This document shows positions 9,129 to 18,932 of a stretch of DNA of 64,000 nucleotides, piece after piece. The stretch covers positions 248,001 to 312,000 of IMG/VR virus record IMGVR_UViG_3300032268_000986; one strand, 5' to 3'. The translations under genes and the position numbers were made by a program. Position 1 is the stretch's first letter; each line of letters opens with the position of its first letter. The notes under the pieces were generated by a model. The model was not told where the DNA came from and made no database searches. It saw only the letters and a program-made list of their open reading frames with translations.

Positions 9129-9539
9129 TTAGTTTCCTTTTGTTGGTATGTGGTATGTTTTGGCAAAGATGTCTGTTTTAACAACACCGTAATCACCTGG
9201 GCCATGACGAACAATATAGTCATTGCCTTTGGTGTATTCTAAGTTGCCCCAGCTGGCTTTTACCACACCGTCATGGTCAGCCAGTCGAGCTGTTTTCATG
9301 ATCTTCTTGGGAGTAGCTGTGCCATCACCGTTGTCGTCGTAGTACGCAGAGAACTTGATGGGACTCACAGGATACCGCTCGCCCTTGGGGCCTGTGATGA
9401 TCTTGTGACCCACAGTGTAGTTCACAGGACCTTCTAGGGTGTCTACTGTGCCGTTGTCTGTGGCAGTTTCATAGCTAATGGGCGTTGGATGCTTGTAGGT
9501 TGTAAATCCACCTTGCTTGAACCAGTTGTCGTCAATCAT
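9129..9539 (-). CDS. PGDYG-family protein
   Basis: Internal duplication with GERYPV...F and PGDYGVV...IFAKTY motifs. Confidence 0.7.
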   Translation of the reverse strand: MIDDNWFKQGGFTTYKHPTPISYETATDNGTVDTLEGPVNYTVGHKIITGPKGERYPVSPIKFSAYYDDNGDGTATPKKIMKTARLADHDGVVKASWGNLEYTKGNDYIVRHGPGDYGVVKTDIFAKTYHIPTKGN

Positions 9540-10636
9540 AAATTAGGCAATTCCTCGTAGTCAATGGCATCTCCCATGACACCAATAACATAGTTAGTTG
9601 ATTCGTTTTCCTGGAGCGCAGTTTGTTTCTTGCTGGTGTCCACATGCTTGTTGAACCACGGTATGGGTGTGCTTCTGGGTGCTGGTTCTAAATACTTGAT
9701 ACCAATTTCCTTGAGAGCATTGGCTGCTGTATAATCCACAAAGTCACGCAAGATGTTGGCATTGAGACCAATCACTGGACCATACTTGAACAAGTGGTTG
9801 GCCCAGTCTTTTTCTTCACGAATTACATCCAAGTATAACTGATACACTTCTCGCTCACACTCGGCTTTGGCTGCGGCAAAGCGTGGATCTTCTTTTACAA
9901 CTTGATTGATCAACCACCCTGTCCAGTCCCGGTGCAGGATTTCGTCTTGTAAAATCAACTGAATGATGTTGCCATTGCCAATAAAGATACGGTTCTCTAC
10001 CATGGCCAAGCTGGTGGCAAACGATACCATGAAACGGAATGCTTCCAATGCATAGCTGGCATTGAGTGCCAACCAAATTGCTCGGATGTGTTCACTCTCT
10101 GTGATTAGTTCGCCTGCTTCTTTACGACAGTTGATCACATGCAATGCATCGTAGTAGTTGCCCACACTGCTTGCCATGTCCACAATCTCTTGTGTGTCGT
10201 GAATGGTGTTGAACACATCCTTGGGCACGTTGTAGATGTTACGGATAATATGACTGTAGCTGCGACTATGAATATTGGTTTCAAAGAAGCTCCAGTTGAA
10301 CATCAAGGCTTCCAGTTCAGGAATGCCCACCACAGGAGTAAACACCTGTGCTGGTCCACGACCTTGCAAACTATCTAGAGCTGTTTGACGCAACAGGTTT
10401 GATGTAAAGATGTGTTTCACAGTGTCTGACGCTTCCTTGAAGTCATTGGCATCTTTGGTCAACGATACTTCTTCTGGCACCCAAAAGAACCCCCGGGCCT
10501 CTTGTTCAAATTTCACAAGTTTGTTGTACTTGACTTCTTCAAATCGTTGAATGGTCACGGGACCGGCAGGGTCCAAGAACATTTTACGATTGAGATAATC
10601 TGTTTTTGTTGATAAATTATATTGTTCTTTGCTCAT
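9536..10636 (-). CDS. nrdB: ribonucleotide reductase class Ia beta subunit
   Basis: FFWVPEEV, E-IHSRSY (radical Tyr), LEAFRF, DEILH diiron ligands. Confidence 0.95.
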   Translation of the reverse strand: MSKEQYNLSTKTDYLNRKMFLDPAGPVTIQRFEEVKYNKLVKFEQEARGFFWVPEEVSLTKDANDFKEASDTVKHIFTSNLLRQTALDSLQGRGPAQVFTPVVGIPELEALMFNWSFFETNIHSRSYSHIIRNIYNVPKDVFNTIHDTQEIVDMASSVGNYYDALHVINCRKEAGELITESEHIRAIWLALNASYALEAFRFMVSFATSLAMVENRIFIGNGNIIQLILQDEILHRDWTGWLINQVVKEDPRFAAAKAECEREVYQLYLDVIREEKDWANHLFKYGPVIGLNANILRDFVDYTAANALKEIGIKYLEPAPRSTPIPWFNKHVDTSKKQTALQENESTNYVIGVMGDAIDYEELPNL

Positions 10637-11578
10637 TTATGTTTCCAGTGAATACTTAATTATGCCGCTGCGAACACTGTGTTCAACAACCAAGTTGTGC
10701 TGTGGCTTGACCAAGATAACAGGGTTTTCCCCAGGTCCCCAGTGTCCGGTGTCCAGGTAAAGTTTGTCTGAATCTTGTTGCATGCCCATGCGAGGCACAA
10801 CCAACACTGTTTTATCACGCCAGTTGTCAGTGGGTATTTCAAGCACCAACGAACGTGTGTCTTTGTTCCAGGTCATGACACAGTAACTGGCCACACAGGT
10901 GCCTGCTTGTACTGCTCGCATGTATGGAATCCAATTCCAAATAGTGGAAACTTCTCGATCAAATTGCATAATGCCATTGGTTAGTTCTATTGGCGGTGTG
11001 GGCAAGAACGTACAATCGTATGTTTTACATAATAATTCATTTACTGTGCGCACAAACTCCGAATCAATATCTACTCCTGGATTGAATATCCTGTTGACTT
11101 CTTCTTGTTGTTGTATGCCACATGCAAAACTATCTGGAACTTCTACTGCCCACATTTCTAAAAAATACTTGCCGGGTAAAAACGTAGATTTTTCATCACG
11201 TGGCAAACTATTCCACAATCCTTCCCACCACAAGTTGCCATTCACAGTCTCTGTAAATGTAATAGGCGTGGGCTGATAGTTGTGATCATAACGTTCATTG
11301 ATCAACTCAATTCGATCTGCCAGTTTTAATTGTTTAATAATTTCGCAACCAAGTTGATAACGATCATGGTCAATTTCGAATGCACGAATATGTCTGGCAC
11401 CATGTTTTAGTGCCAACATTGATAACAATCCTGTGCCAAACCCAATGTCGGTACAGTGTTGATTGGCCACATAACGAGAGAGAATTCTCTCGTAAAATTG
11501 ATTGCGAACAAAGTCATTGATCATGTTGAGGTTAACACCATCGTGTTGATACCAATCAATCTTGTTTAAAAAATCCAT
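10637..11578 (-). CDS. SAM-dependent methyltransferase, PRMT-like; start probably MDFL at 11578
   Basis: MIND..RN..Y, DIGFGTGLLS.LA..HGA, E-x8-E loop (ETVNGNLWWE), late TGHW motif; TAATG coupling to the upstream ORF. Confidence 0.75.
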   Translation of the reverse strand: MDFLNKIDWYQHDGVNLNMINDFVRNQFYERILSRYVANQHCTDIGFGTGLLSMLALKHGARHIRAFEIDHDRYQLGCEIIKQLKLADRIELINERYDHNYQPTPITFTETVNGNLWWEGLWNSLPRDEKSTFLPGKYFLEMWAVEVPDSFACGIQQQEEVNRIFNPGVDIDSEFVRTVNELLCKTYDCTFLPTPPIELTNGIMQFDREVSTIWNWIPYMRAVQAGTCVASYCVMTWNKDTRSLVLEIPTDNWRDKTVLVVPRMGMQQDSDKLYLDTGHWGPGENPVILVKPQHNLVVEHSVRSGIIKYSLET

Positions 11579-11769
11579 TACCAGTGCCTTATTGTGTTTG
11601 CCATGATAAACAAACATGTGATCACATGCAGTATCACCCAGAATGTTTTTAAAAACAATGCTATTCGGGCTTCGCGTAGTGTCAAGATAGGCACATCGGG
11701 CCTATCACTGTCAGACTTGCCCATCAAATGACCAGTGGCTCTGGCCCAGATTCGTTCAATACTGTTCAT
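11578..11769 (-). CDS. small membrane protein (63 aa); start probably MNSIE at 11769
   Basis: Hydrophobic C-terminal helix; stop overlaps the next ATG. Confidence 0.65.
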   Translation of the reverse strand: MNSIERIWARATGHLMGKSDSDRPDVPILTLREARIALFLKTFWVILHVITCLFIMANTIRHW

Positions 11770-11773
11770 GTGT

Positions 11774-12094
11774 TTATATTCTAAAACTTTCGCCGCAACC
11801 ACATCGGTCGCGTTCATTGGGATTGACAAATTCAAATCCTTCGTTTAAACCATTGCGCACATAGTCCACTTGCATGCCGTCAAGATACACATGGCTTTTG
11901 GGATCCACAAACAGTTTACACTGTGCGGAATCAATACAGATGTCATCGGGGGCAGGAGTATCTACATATTCTAACACATAAGCCAGGCCCGAGCAACCAG
12001 TGGTTCTAACGCCCAGACGTATGCCAAGCCCGCGACCTCGTTTGCTCAGTACTCGTGTGACCTGAGATTCAGCTGCGGGAGTCAGCGTTATCAT
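11774..12094 (-). CDS. iscA: A-type Fe-S carrier protein IscA
   Basis: [16 protein letters not shown] and C-terminal RCGCGESF. Confidence 0.92.
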   Translation of the reverse strand: MITLTPAAESQVTRVLSKRGRGLGIRLGVRTTGCSGLAYVLEYVDTPAPDDICIDSAQCKLFVDPKSHVYLDGMQVDYVRNGLNEGFEFVNPNERDRCGCGESFRI

Positions 12095-12402
12095 ACGCCA
12101 AAACTGCTGCCGCAGCCACAGGTGGTAGTGGCGTTGGGATTGTTGATAACAAACTGACTGCCATTTAGGTCGTCTTTGAAATCTACCATGGCCCCGGCCA
12201 GGTACTGCATGCTCATGGCATCGGCTAGAACACCATCAATTTCAAAGTCGTCTTCGTTTTTGACTTCATCAAATGTGAATCCATACTGGAATCCTGAACA
12301 TCCACCGCCCTGCACAAACACTCGGACTTTTAGATTGGGATTGTTTTCTTCAACCAAGAGGTCAGAGATTTTTGATTTTGCTGATTCAGTTATGGTTATC
12401 AT
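12091..12402 (-). CDS. erpA: A-type Fe-S carrier protein ErpA/HesB-like
   Basis: [20 protein letters not shown] and TCGCGSSF. Confidence 0.9.
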   Translation of the reverse strand: MITITESAKSKISDLLVEENNPNLKVRVFVQGGGCSGFQYGFTFDEVKNEDDFEIDGVLADAMSMQYLAGAMVDFKDDLNGSQFVINNPNATTTCGCGSSFGV

Positions 12403-12778
12403 GTTTTTCTCGGTAATCTTTTACAGCCGCCTTTATGGCATCTTCGGCCAGTATTGAGCAGTGTATCTTCACTGGCGGTAATGCTAGTTCTTCGGCGATT
12501 TGGGAGTTTTTGATGGCGCCTGCTTGGTCAAGTGTTTTTCCTTTGACCCATTCTGTAACAAGGCTGCTTGACGCAATCGCCGATCCGCAGCCATACGTTT
12601 TGAAGCGAGCATCTGTAATAATACCTGTATCATCATCTACCTTTATTTGTAGTTTCATAACATCGCCACAGGCTGGAGCACCCACCATGCCGGTGCCTAT
12701 GTCTGTGTCGTCCTTGCCAAACGATCCCACATTGCGTGGATTCTCATAGTGATCAATAACTTTGTTAGAATAAGCCAT
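12386..12778 (-). CDS. iscU: Fe-S scaffold protein IscU
   Basis: [43 protein letters not shown]. Confidence 0.96.
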   Translation of the reverse strand: MAYSNKVIDHYENPRNVGSFGKDDTDIGTGMVGAPACGDVMKLQIKVDDDTGIITDARFKTYGCGSAIASSSLVTEWVKGKTLDQAGAIKNSQIAEELALPPVKIHCSILAEDAIKAAVKDYREKHDNHN

Positions 12779-12804
12779 GTGATATTTCCTTGTTGATTAT
12801 AACA

Positions 12805-12810
12805 TATTTA
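12805..12810 (-). promoter_or_regulatory. TAAATA late-promoter-like motif upstream of iscU
   Basis: Motif in the short gap before iscU; same motif precedes virion genes. Confidence 0.5.
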
Positions 12811-12823
12811 CTGGGCCAATACA

Positions 12824-13525
12824 TTATTTGGTTATCCAGTCGCACAGTGTTTGTGCAATTAATTCATGGCCTAGCTCGTTTGGGTGGCCACAGGTCCGCA
12901 AATATGGGTTTGATGGACTGTCTAGATCATCCAAATAGTCTGTCATGTCTTTGTATCCAAATAGTTGCACACAAGATTTGTGGTATATCCTATCAGTGTT
13001 AACACCTGGTAAATTTAGATCAATATCACTCCATCCAACAATGTAATAATCTTGTATTTTGTACTGTTGACATATTGCCTGCATGCTCAATACGTTTTTG
13101 TGTAGATTAAAATCTACCCCAGAAATTGAACTAAAATATTTTGTATAACTCCGAGACGCTTCATCAGTTTGGCCAGACCTCAAATCAACCACCTTGAACC
13201 CAGCAAGGTCCTTGGAAACAGTGATGTGTTTATTTACATCAGGAATGGGACTGTATAAATCCAATAGCACACAGTCTCTTGCCGGAGTAGTAATTAAAAA
13301 AACTGCCATTGAATTTTCCACATCTACATCGGTGCGCCGAACATAGTCCAGCAGTTGCAATACTGATCTGCTGTTGCTGGATCCGTTTATACCCAAATTG
13401 GTAAAATTGGTAGTGGATAATTTAACAGCCAGGCGTGCTCCAAATGTATCTGTTGGCAGAACTCCGGCACCTGCGGTCCAGCTGCATCCAAACACTGCCA
13501 ATGCAGGCATGGTCACAACTTGCAA
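12824..13525 (-). CDS. SGNH/GDSL-like hydrolase or acyltransferase
   Basis: VFGCSWTAG, N.GINGSSN, GHPNELGH blocks. Confidence 0.75.
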   Translation of the reverse strand: MQVVTMPALAVFGCSWTAGAGVLPTDTFGARLAVKLSTTNFTNLGINGSSNSRSVLQLLDYVRRTDVDVENSMAVFLITTPARDCVLLDLYSPIPDVNKHITVSKDLAGFKVVDLRSGQTDEASRSYTKYFSSISGVDFNLHKNVLSMQAICQQYKIQDYYIVGWSDIDLNLPGVNTDRIYHKSCVQLFGYKDMTDYLDDLDSPSNPYLRTCGHPNELGHELIAQTLCDWITK

Positions 13526-15834
13526 GCCTCGCAGTCCTCGACATCATCAAAATCAATTTGTTCCAATGATGCGGCTACTTCTTCGGGTTTCATTTTACTG
13601 CCTGCTTTGTTGATCAAGCTGTAGTAGAATGTTTTCAGTCCCCAGTAGTGGGCTTGCATTAAATTTTTAGCAATCAGAGTTGTGGGCACTTTGCGATCAG
13701 CCCAGTGTGCTGGGTTGTAAAATGTATTGGTTGATATGCTTTGATCCACATACGCTGCCAACACGGCTGCTGTTTTCAAGTAGCCGTCACAGTCTTTCTG
13801 TGCCCACATCAGTTGATATCGATTCTTGAGTCTTTGATAATCTGGCACCACTTGTGTGAGTGATCCAGCCTTGCTTTCTTTTACAGAGATTAGACTCATG
13901 GGCATTTCAATGCCATTGGTAGAATTGATCACAACTGAACTGGATTCCACCGGTGCAATGGCCATTTGGGTGGCATTGCGAACACCATGTTCTTTCATTT
14001 GTGCTCTCAACGGTTCCCAATCCAGTTCAGGAGCAAAGTCTGCTAGATCGTTTACACCCTGAGCTCTTAATTCCCAGGGGAATACACCTTGTCCATATCG
14101 TGTTTGGTCACTGCCTTCACAACGGCCACGTTCCCGGGCCAGCTCAACACTGGCTTCGGTCAAATAGTATGCCTGGTGTTCGGTCCATGTTTTGACATCT
14201 TGCAGGGCATCCTTTTCACCGTACTTGAACCCACGTTTGGCATGCCAGTATGACAAATTGGTAACCCCAATACCCAAGGGACGAATTTCATCATTGCTTA
14301 ATTTGGACTGAATGCTTAAAAAGTCTTGATAGTCCAATATATTATTGAGACTACGGTGTAGGATGCGACAAGCACGGCGCATGTCTTCAGGATTACGAAA
14401 TGCGCCCCAGTTGATTGAGCCCAAGGTGCAAAGTGCAATACGGCCAGACTCGTCATCCAAACGTTTAAAAGACTTGGTAGGAAGTAGAATTTCACAGCAG
14501 AGGTTACTCTGGTAAATGGTGTGGTACTCAGGATCAAACGGACCTTGCTTCATGACATTGTCAATGAACACTAGATAGATACGTCCTGTATCTGTTCTCT
14601 CTTTTAATATGCCACCCTTGAACACTTCTTCCGCAGCCATTACTTTCTTTCGAAGTCCACCCTGCTTTTCGTATTTGACATACAGTTCTTCAAACAGTGC
14701 AGTGTTTGTGTAGAACGCTTCGTACAAATCAGGAACTTCGTTGGGGTCAAAGAAACTTATGTTTTCTCGGTTTTTAAATCGTCTCCAGAAGAAAGCACTA
14801 AGCACAACCCCATAATCCATATGACGGACTCGGGTTTCTTCGGTTCCTTGGTTGTTTTTAAGTACAATAAGATCATCAAACTGATGATGCCAAATAGGAT
14901 AGAATACAGTAGCACTTGCATTACGAATACCTCCCTGTGAACATGATCGTAAATCTCCGAACCATTTTTTCAGGAAAGGTATCATACCTGTGTGCATAAT
15001 CTCACCACCACGGATGGGACTACCCAATGGTCGTAGTCGACCAATCTCCAACCCAATGCCGGCTCGCTTGCTGGCATACTTGGCCATCATTTCCCCGGAC
15101 GCAAAAATACTGTCCAGATCATCATCCGAGCGAATAAGAACGCAACTACTAAATTGCTTAGTAGGTGTACCAAGTCCTGCCAGCACCGGCGTGGCCAATG
15201 TAAATAATCCGTCACTGGCTGCTGTGTAGTACTCTTTGATGTAGCGCATTCTCGCTGTGTTCGGTTCTTCTGAGTGAAATACAGTAGCGGCCGCGACCAT
15301 GTATCTAACTTGTGGAGTTTCATATATTTCCTTTGTGGCACGATTGCGTACCAGATATTTTTCAATCAACTGCTCAATGGCTGCATAACTGTATTGTTCA
15401 TCTTTGTCATGATCAATCATGGCCTCCATCTTGTTCCAGTCTTCTGGTGTGTACCACTCCAACAACTCGGGAGTGTAAAGACCAATTTCTACATTGCGTT
15501 TGACAATCTCGTAAAGATGCGGGGGCTGGTATGAACCATACACATCTTTGCGCAACATGCTCAAGCGTTGTTTGCCGGCCACATACTGATAGTTGACATG
15601 TCCAACATCAGGATTGGCTTCCACATCAATCAAGTCCACGATGGCACGTAAGGTAATGCCATCAATTTCACGAGTAGAGATTCCATCGTAAAAATGCATC
15701 TGAGCTTTGATTTCGATCATGCTCTGACTCACATCTGCTGTGCCCTTGCACACCTTGGCCACTTGATTTTGCCACTTTTCAATATGCAGCAGTTCTCGGC
15801 TGCCGTTGCGCTTTTGTACAGAGATTGTTTTCAT
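13513..15834 (-). CDS. nrdA: ribonucleotide reductase class Ia alpha subunit with ATP cone
   Basis: VQKRNG ATP cone, QFSSC, QSNLCCEI, LCTLG, APVESSS, C-terminal CEACKL. Confidence 0.97.
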   Translation of the reverse strand: MKTISVQKRNGSRELLHIEKWQNQVAKVCKGTADVSQSMIEIKAQMHFYDGISTREIDGITLRAIVDLIDVEANPDVGHVNYQYVAGKQRLSMLRKDVYGSYQPPHLYEIVKRNVEIGLYTPELLEWYTPEDWNKMEAMIDHDKDEQYSYAAIEQLIEKYLVRNRATKEIYETPQVRYMVAAATVFHSEEPNTARMRYIKEYYTAASDGLFTLATPVLAGLGTPTKQFSSCVLIRSDDDLDSIFASGEMMAKYASKRAGIGLEIGRLRPLGSPIRGGEIMHTGMIPFLKKWFGDLRSCSQGGIRNASATVFYPIWHHQFDDLIVLKNNQGTEETRVRHMDYGVVLSAFFWRRFKNRENISFFDPNEVPDLYEAFYTNTALFEELYVKYEKQGGLRKKVMAAEEVFKGGILKERTDTGRIYLVFIDNVMKQGPFDPEYHTIYQSNLCCEILLPTKSFKRLDDESGRIALCTLGSINWGAFRNPEDMRRACRILHRSLNNILDYQDFLSIQSKLSNDEIRPLGIGVTNLSYWHAKRGFKYGEKDALQDVKTWTEHQAYYLTEASVELARERGRCEGSDQTRYGQGVFPWELRAQGVNDLADFAPELDWEPLRAQMKEHGVRNATQMAIAPVESSSVVINSTNGIEMPMSLISVKESKAGSLTQVVPDYQRLKNRYQLMWAQKDCDGYLKTAAVLAAYVDQSISTNTFYNPAHWADRKVPTTLIAKNLMQAHYWGLKTFYYSLINKAGSKMKPEEVAASLEQIDFDDVEDCEACKL

Positions 15835-15835
15835 G

Positions 15836-16267
15836 TCAGGTAATTTGCTTTTTTATTATTTGTTGTGTCAATCGACACTTGGACCGTTTTGGTTTTAACT
15901 TTGAGTTGATATTTACAATCTCGTCTTTATCCCAATTCAGTATATATTTCCCCCCAGACACTTGGACTAAATTGTCCGATCCTACTTCGATAAGTTCAGC
16001 ATCTTGAATGTCTGGTTGGTCTAATATACTAATAGTATACATGATTCCCAAGCCACGAGCAATATCACAATAGATGTTGTCGCTCAAAAGTTGCCAGGGA
16101 TCTGGCCAGGTGGACTGGTCATCCCAGTGCAGATGATACGGAACCCAGGGAGTTTGGAACCACCAGGCGTTGATGCGCTGCAAAGCAGTTTCAACATCCA
16201 CGGTGGCGACTTGTTGTCGTAGTTGGACCCAAGAGTCCAACCTCTGTTCAAATGTTCGAGGCCACAT
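15836..16267 (-). CDS. hypothetical protein, possibly transglutaminase-like Cys-protease fold
   Basis: WPDPWQLL....YCDIA..IMYTI resembles the W.TP.E.L...G.CEDYA..KY pattern. Confidence 0.45.
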   Translation of the reverse strand: MWPRTFEQRLDSWVQLRQQVATVDVETALQRINAWWFQTPWVPYHLHWDDQSTWPDPWQLLSDNIYCDIARGLGIMYTISILDQPDIQDAELIEVGSDNLVQVSGGKYILNWDKDEIVNINSKLKPKRSKCRLTQQIIKKQIT

Positions 16268-18099
16268 CAGGCAAGGTGTGTAACGCTGAAATGTATAGTG
16301 CCATTGACACCAGTTGAAGAAGCCGTGTAACTCACTGTGATATCACCACCAGCCGAGGCTTCAGCTGGTGTAAGTGTAATGCCAGTGCTGTCATTTTCTT
16401 GATAGTCGTCGGTGTAGCTAAACCCACCTGATGCATCGCTTTTGCCGCGCACCACAATCAGCGTACCAGTTCGAACATCTACATCACGCAAGATGGTGTA
16501 GTCCATTTTGAATGCTTGGACCTGTGCAGCAGTTGATGTGTCAACCACAAACAAACTGGCAGTGCTGTTGTCAGTCAATGCGTCTCGCAGGCCAGCTTCA
16601 CGCACATAGGTTCCCAGACTCATTTGATTGGCAATGGTCAAACTGCTGACACCACCTGGAGTGTAGGTCACAGCCGGAGTGTTGTTCATGCCCAGAGCAA
16701 TTGCTGTGGTATTGTTGGTCTCCACACGAGGATAGTATGAGCCACCGCGTAGACACTGTGCTGTGGTACGTGCAAACAGGTCACCAATGCTGGCACAGGT
16801 GTCACTGTTGATATCAATCACTGGAGTATAGGCCAATGTGTTGCCGTTGAAATGGTTGCCCACATCATAAAACGCATTATATGCCGACATGTTCATGCCT
16901 GCGGTGTCAAACACAATGCCCTCGTTGTACACATTGTCAAATGTACAGTGCATGACACGAACGCCAGTGGGTCCACCATTGACCAAGGTAGAGTCGCCCA
17001 GTACCACACCTTGATACAGAGTGTCAAAATAACTGCTGGAAATCACACAGCCCACAATTTGTTCGTCAGTGTCAACTGCATAAGTTGCTCCGCCAAACCA
17101 GCAGTTGTCAAAATTGATCTGTGTGCAAGGCAGTGACACACTGCCTGAAAAACGAATACAGCTTAGATCTTCTGTCTGTGTGTTGCCATCACTGACCGCA
17201 AATGGACCTTCAAATCGTGCAGAACTAAATTTGACTTGGCTGGCTTTTTCAATCAAGCCCACGTTGTGGGACACTGCCGAGTCAGTACCTGATTCAGTGG
17301 TGGCAAATGCCATGTTGACAATTTCAATGTCTCTTGGCGGTGTGGCCCCATTGGTGGCAATGTTGGCTCCAGTTTGTTGCAAACTGTCAGCGGTGTTAAA
17401 CACATAGTTGGGCAGGGCTTCTTCAGTCCAGTATGGTTGACTGCTGGGAGATATATCACCAATGTTGGTATTGGGCGGCACAGCAATGTTGGCTCGATAA
17501 TATTCACCAGTAGCAGTGTAGTACACTAGAGTACCAGCCGGCCAAGCCGCGGCAAAATTCCAATCAGCCACTGTGAACAGTATCTTGGTGCTGTCGGCAC
17601 CTTCGCCGTATAAAAATGCAAATGGAGGAATATTGATTGTGTCTGTGACAATGTATGTGCCAGCTGGAAAGAACAAGCCACGTCGAATTTGCGGGTTGAT
17701 TTCTCGGCAGTACAGTTGATAAAGTGCGCGGTTAATGGCCGCAGTCACATCGGTCACACCGTCACCGGTGGCACCAAAGTCTGTGATCACTGCAAAGCTG
17801 TCTAGGCGTTGCTGTATGCTTTGAGTAACAGGAACACCAACTGATGCACCGGTTTGAACACTGTAGCCTGCGGCAGCACCTTGATAGGTATAGCCCGTGG
17901 TGAAATTTAAGATGTCTGAATATTCAGTGAGAATTTCAGTGTTGCCAACCACTGGCGAACCCTCTTCCAGGGTACCGTTGCCAATGAACAGTCTGCGTTC
18001 GTCCACGGCCCAGCCCATTTCAGCTGGTGCCAGTGGTTGTGGCAAGTCGGTGTAAAGACCCTTGCGCTGGGTGATTCTAGAAATTTGTACTATTGCCAC
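16267..18099 (-). CDS. tail spike/fibre with pectate-lyase-like beta-helix
   Basis: N-terminal LAPAEMGWAVDERRLFIGNG anchor, DFGATGDGVTD..AIN.A, FFPAGTY, beta-helix repeats. Confidence 0.8.
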   Translation of the reverse strand: MAIVQISRITQRKGLYTDLPQPLAPAEMGWAVDERRLFIGNGTLEEGSPVVGNTEILTEYSDILNFTTGYTYQGAAAGYSVQTGASVGVPVTQSIQQRLDSFAVITDFGATGDGVTDVTAAINRALYQLYCREINPQIRRGLFFPAGTYIVTDTINIPPFAFLYGEGADSTKILFTVADWNFAAAWPAGTLVYYTATGEYYRANIAVPPNTNIGDISPSSQPYWTEEALPNYVFNTADSLQQTGANIATNGATPPRDIEIVNMAFATTESGTDSAVSHNVGLIEKASQVKFSSARFEGPFAVSDGNTQTEDLSCIRFSGSVSLPCTQINFDNCWFGGATYAVDTDEQIVGCVISSSYFDTLYQGVVLGDSTLVNGGPTGVRVMHCTFDNVYNEGIVFDTAGMNMSAYNAFYDVGNHFNGNTLAYTPVIDINSDTCASIGDLFARTTAQCLRGGSYYPRVETNNTTAIALGMNNTPAVTYTPGGVSSLTIANQMSLGTYVREAGLRDALTDNSTASLFVVDTSTAAQVQAFKMDYTILRDVDVRTGTLIVVRGKSDASGGFSYTDDYQENDSTGITLTPAEASAGGDITVSYTASSTGVNGTIHFSVTHLA

Positions 18100-18123
18100 A
18101 GTTGTAATCCTTGAGTGATCACA

Positions 18124-18129
18124 TATTTA
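18124..18129 (-). promoter_or_regulatory. TAAATA late-promoter-like motif before the tail spike gene
   Basis: Motif at the start of the intergenic gap upstream of a virion gene. Confidence 0.55.
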
Positions 18130-18888
18130 GCGTGTGAGATAGTACAGCTCGACTCGTTTCAACCACTCATTGTTCCAGTACGCAAACTCGTCGCCTTGGA
18201 TCACGAATTCCAAGTACTGTGGTGTGCTGTAGCTGCCATCATCCTGTAATTTGGGCTGTACAGCCATTAATATCACGCCAGTGTTGATTTCGGTGCCGTG
18301 CATCTCGTTGTGGGCCGCGGCATAGGCTGCTAACTGAATAAAATAGTCATCAATGTACTCACGCTTTTTGACCTTGTTGCTCTGCTTGAAATCCATGATA
18401 GCAGGCTGGCCTTTCCACAGCCCAACACAGTCTGTGGTACCTGCATATAACCCACTGTAATATACAGGAACTTCTGTGCCCCAGAATTCATCCACATGAC
18501 ACAGCCCTTTGAGAATGATTTCTGCTGCCATGAACCATGATGGATGTGCAAATGGGTTGCCGGGCAAGGGTTTCATGTCTTCTTGAAGAATGTAATGCTC
18601 AAGATAGGCATGCATGCGAGTGCCACGATTGGCAGCTTCTGTGGTGATTTCTTGTGCTCGCTGTTCGCCCACGGCCTTTCTCCAATTGGCCAGGGCTTCG
18701 CGAGCTTCACGAGGTTTTGTTTTGTCCAGTATGGTAGTGACACTGGGAACATTGCTGCCATTGGGCAAACAGTAATGACGTTTACCCTCAATTGTGGTTC
18801 TGGTCAGTGGCTGGTAGTCATAGCGTGGAGTAATCATTGTGTTAGTTTTCGATCTTGTAGATAGTTTATTGGGTTGAGGTTTCTCCAC
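18127..18888 (-). CDS. PD-(D/E)XK exonuclease (start may be 18834)
   Basis: PSVTTIL, RGT.MH..LE, YAGTTDC, IMDFKQS, QLAAYA.A. Confidence 0.88.
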   Translation of the reverse strand: MEKPQPNKLSTRSKTNTMITPRYDYQPLTRTTIEGKRHYCLPNGSNVPSVTTILDKTKPREAREALANWRKAVGEQRAQEITTEAANRGTRMHAYLEHYILQEDMKPLPGNPFAHPSWFMAAEIILKGLCHVDEFWGTEVPVYYSGLYAGTTDCVGLWKGQPAIMDFKQSNKVKKREYIDDYFIQLAAYAAAHNEMHGTEINTGVILMAVQPKLQDDGSYSTPQYLEFVIQGDEFAYWNNEWLKRVELYYLTR

Positions 18889-18903
18889 AATGGATAATTC
18901 AAC

Positions 18904-18932
18904 AGTTTAACACAAAATTGTCAGTGTGTCAA
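18904..18932 (-). promoter_or_regulatory. sigma70-type promoter TTGACA-N17-TAAACT
   Basis: TTGACA cactgacaattttgtgt TAAACT. Confidence 0.7.

Noticed and set aside
11774-12778. Bacterial chromosome or host contamination suggested by isc genes, GTs and glutaredoxin
   Set aside because: These genes are translationally coupled to T4-like genes, and the window is packed with phage hallmarks (terL, gp32, uvsWXY, PAAR, gp4); there are no ribosomal or other housekeeping operons
16267-18099. Diversity-generating retroelement acting on the tail spike
   Set aside because: No reverse transcriptase and no template/variable repeat pair were found in this window
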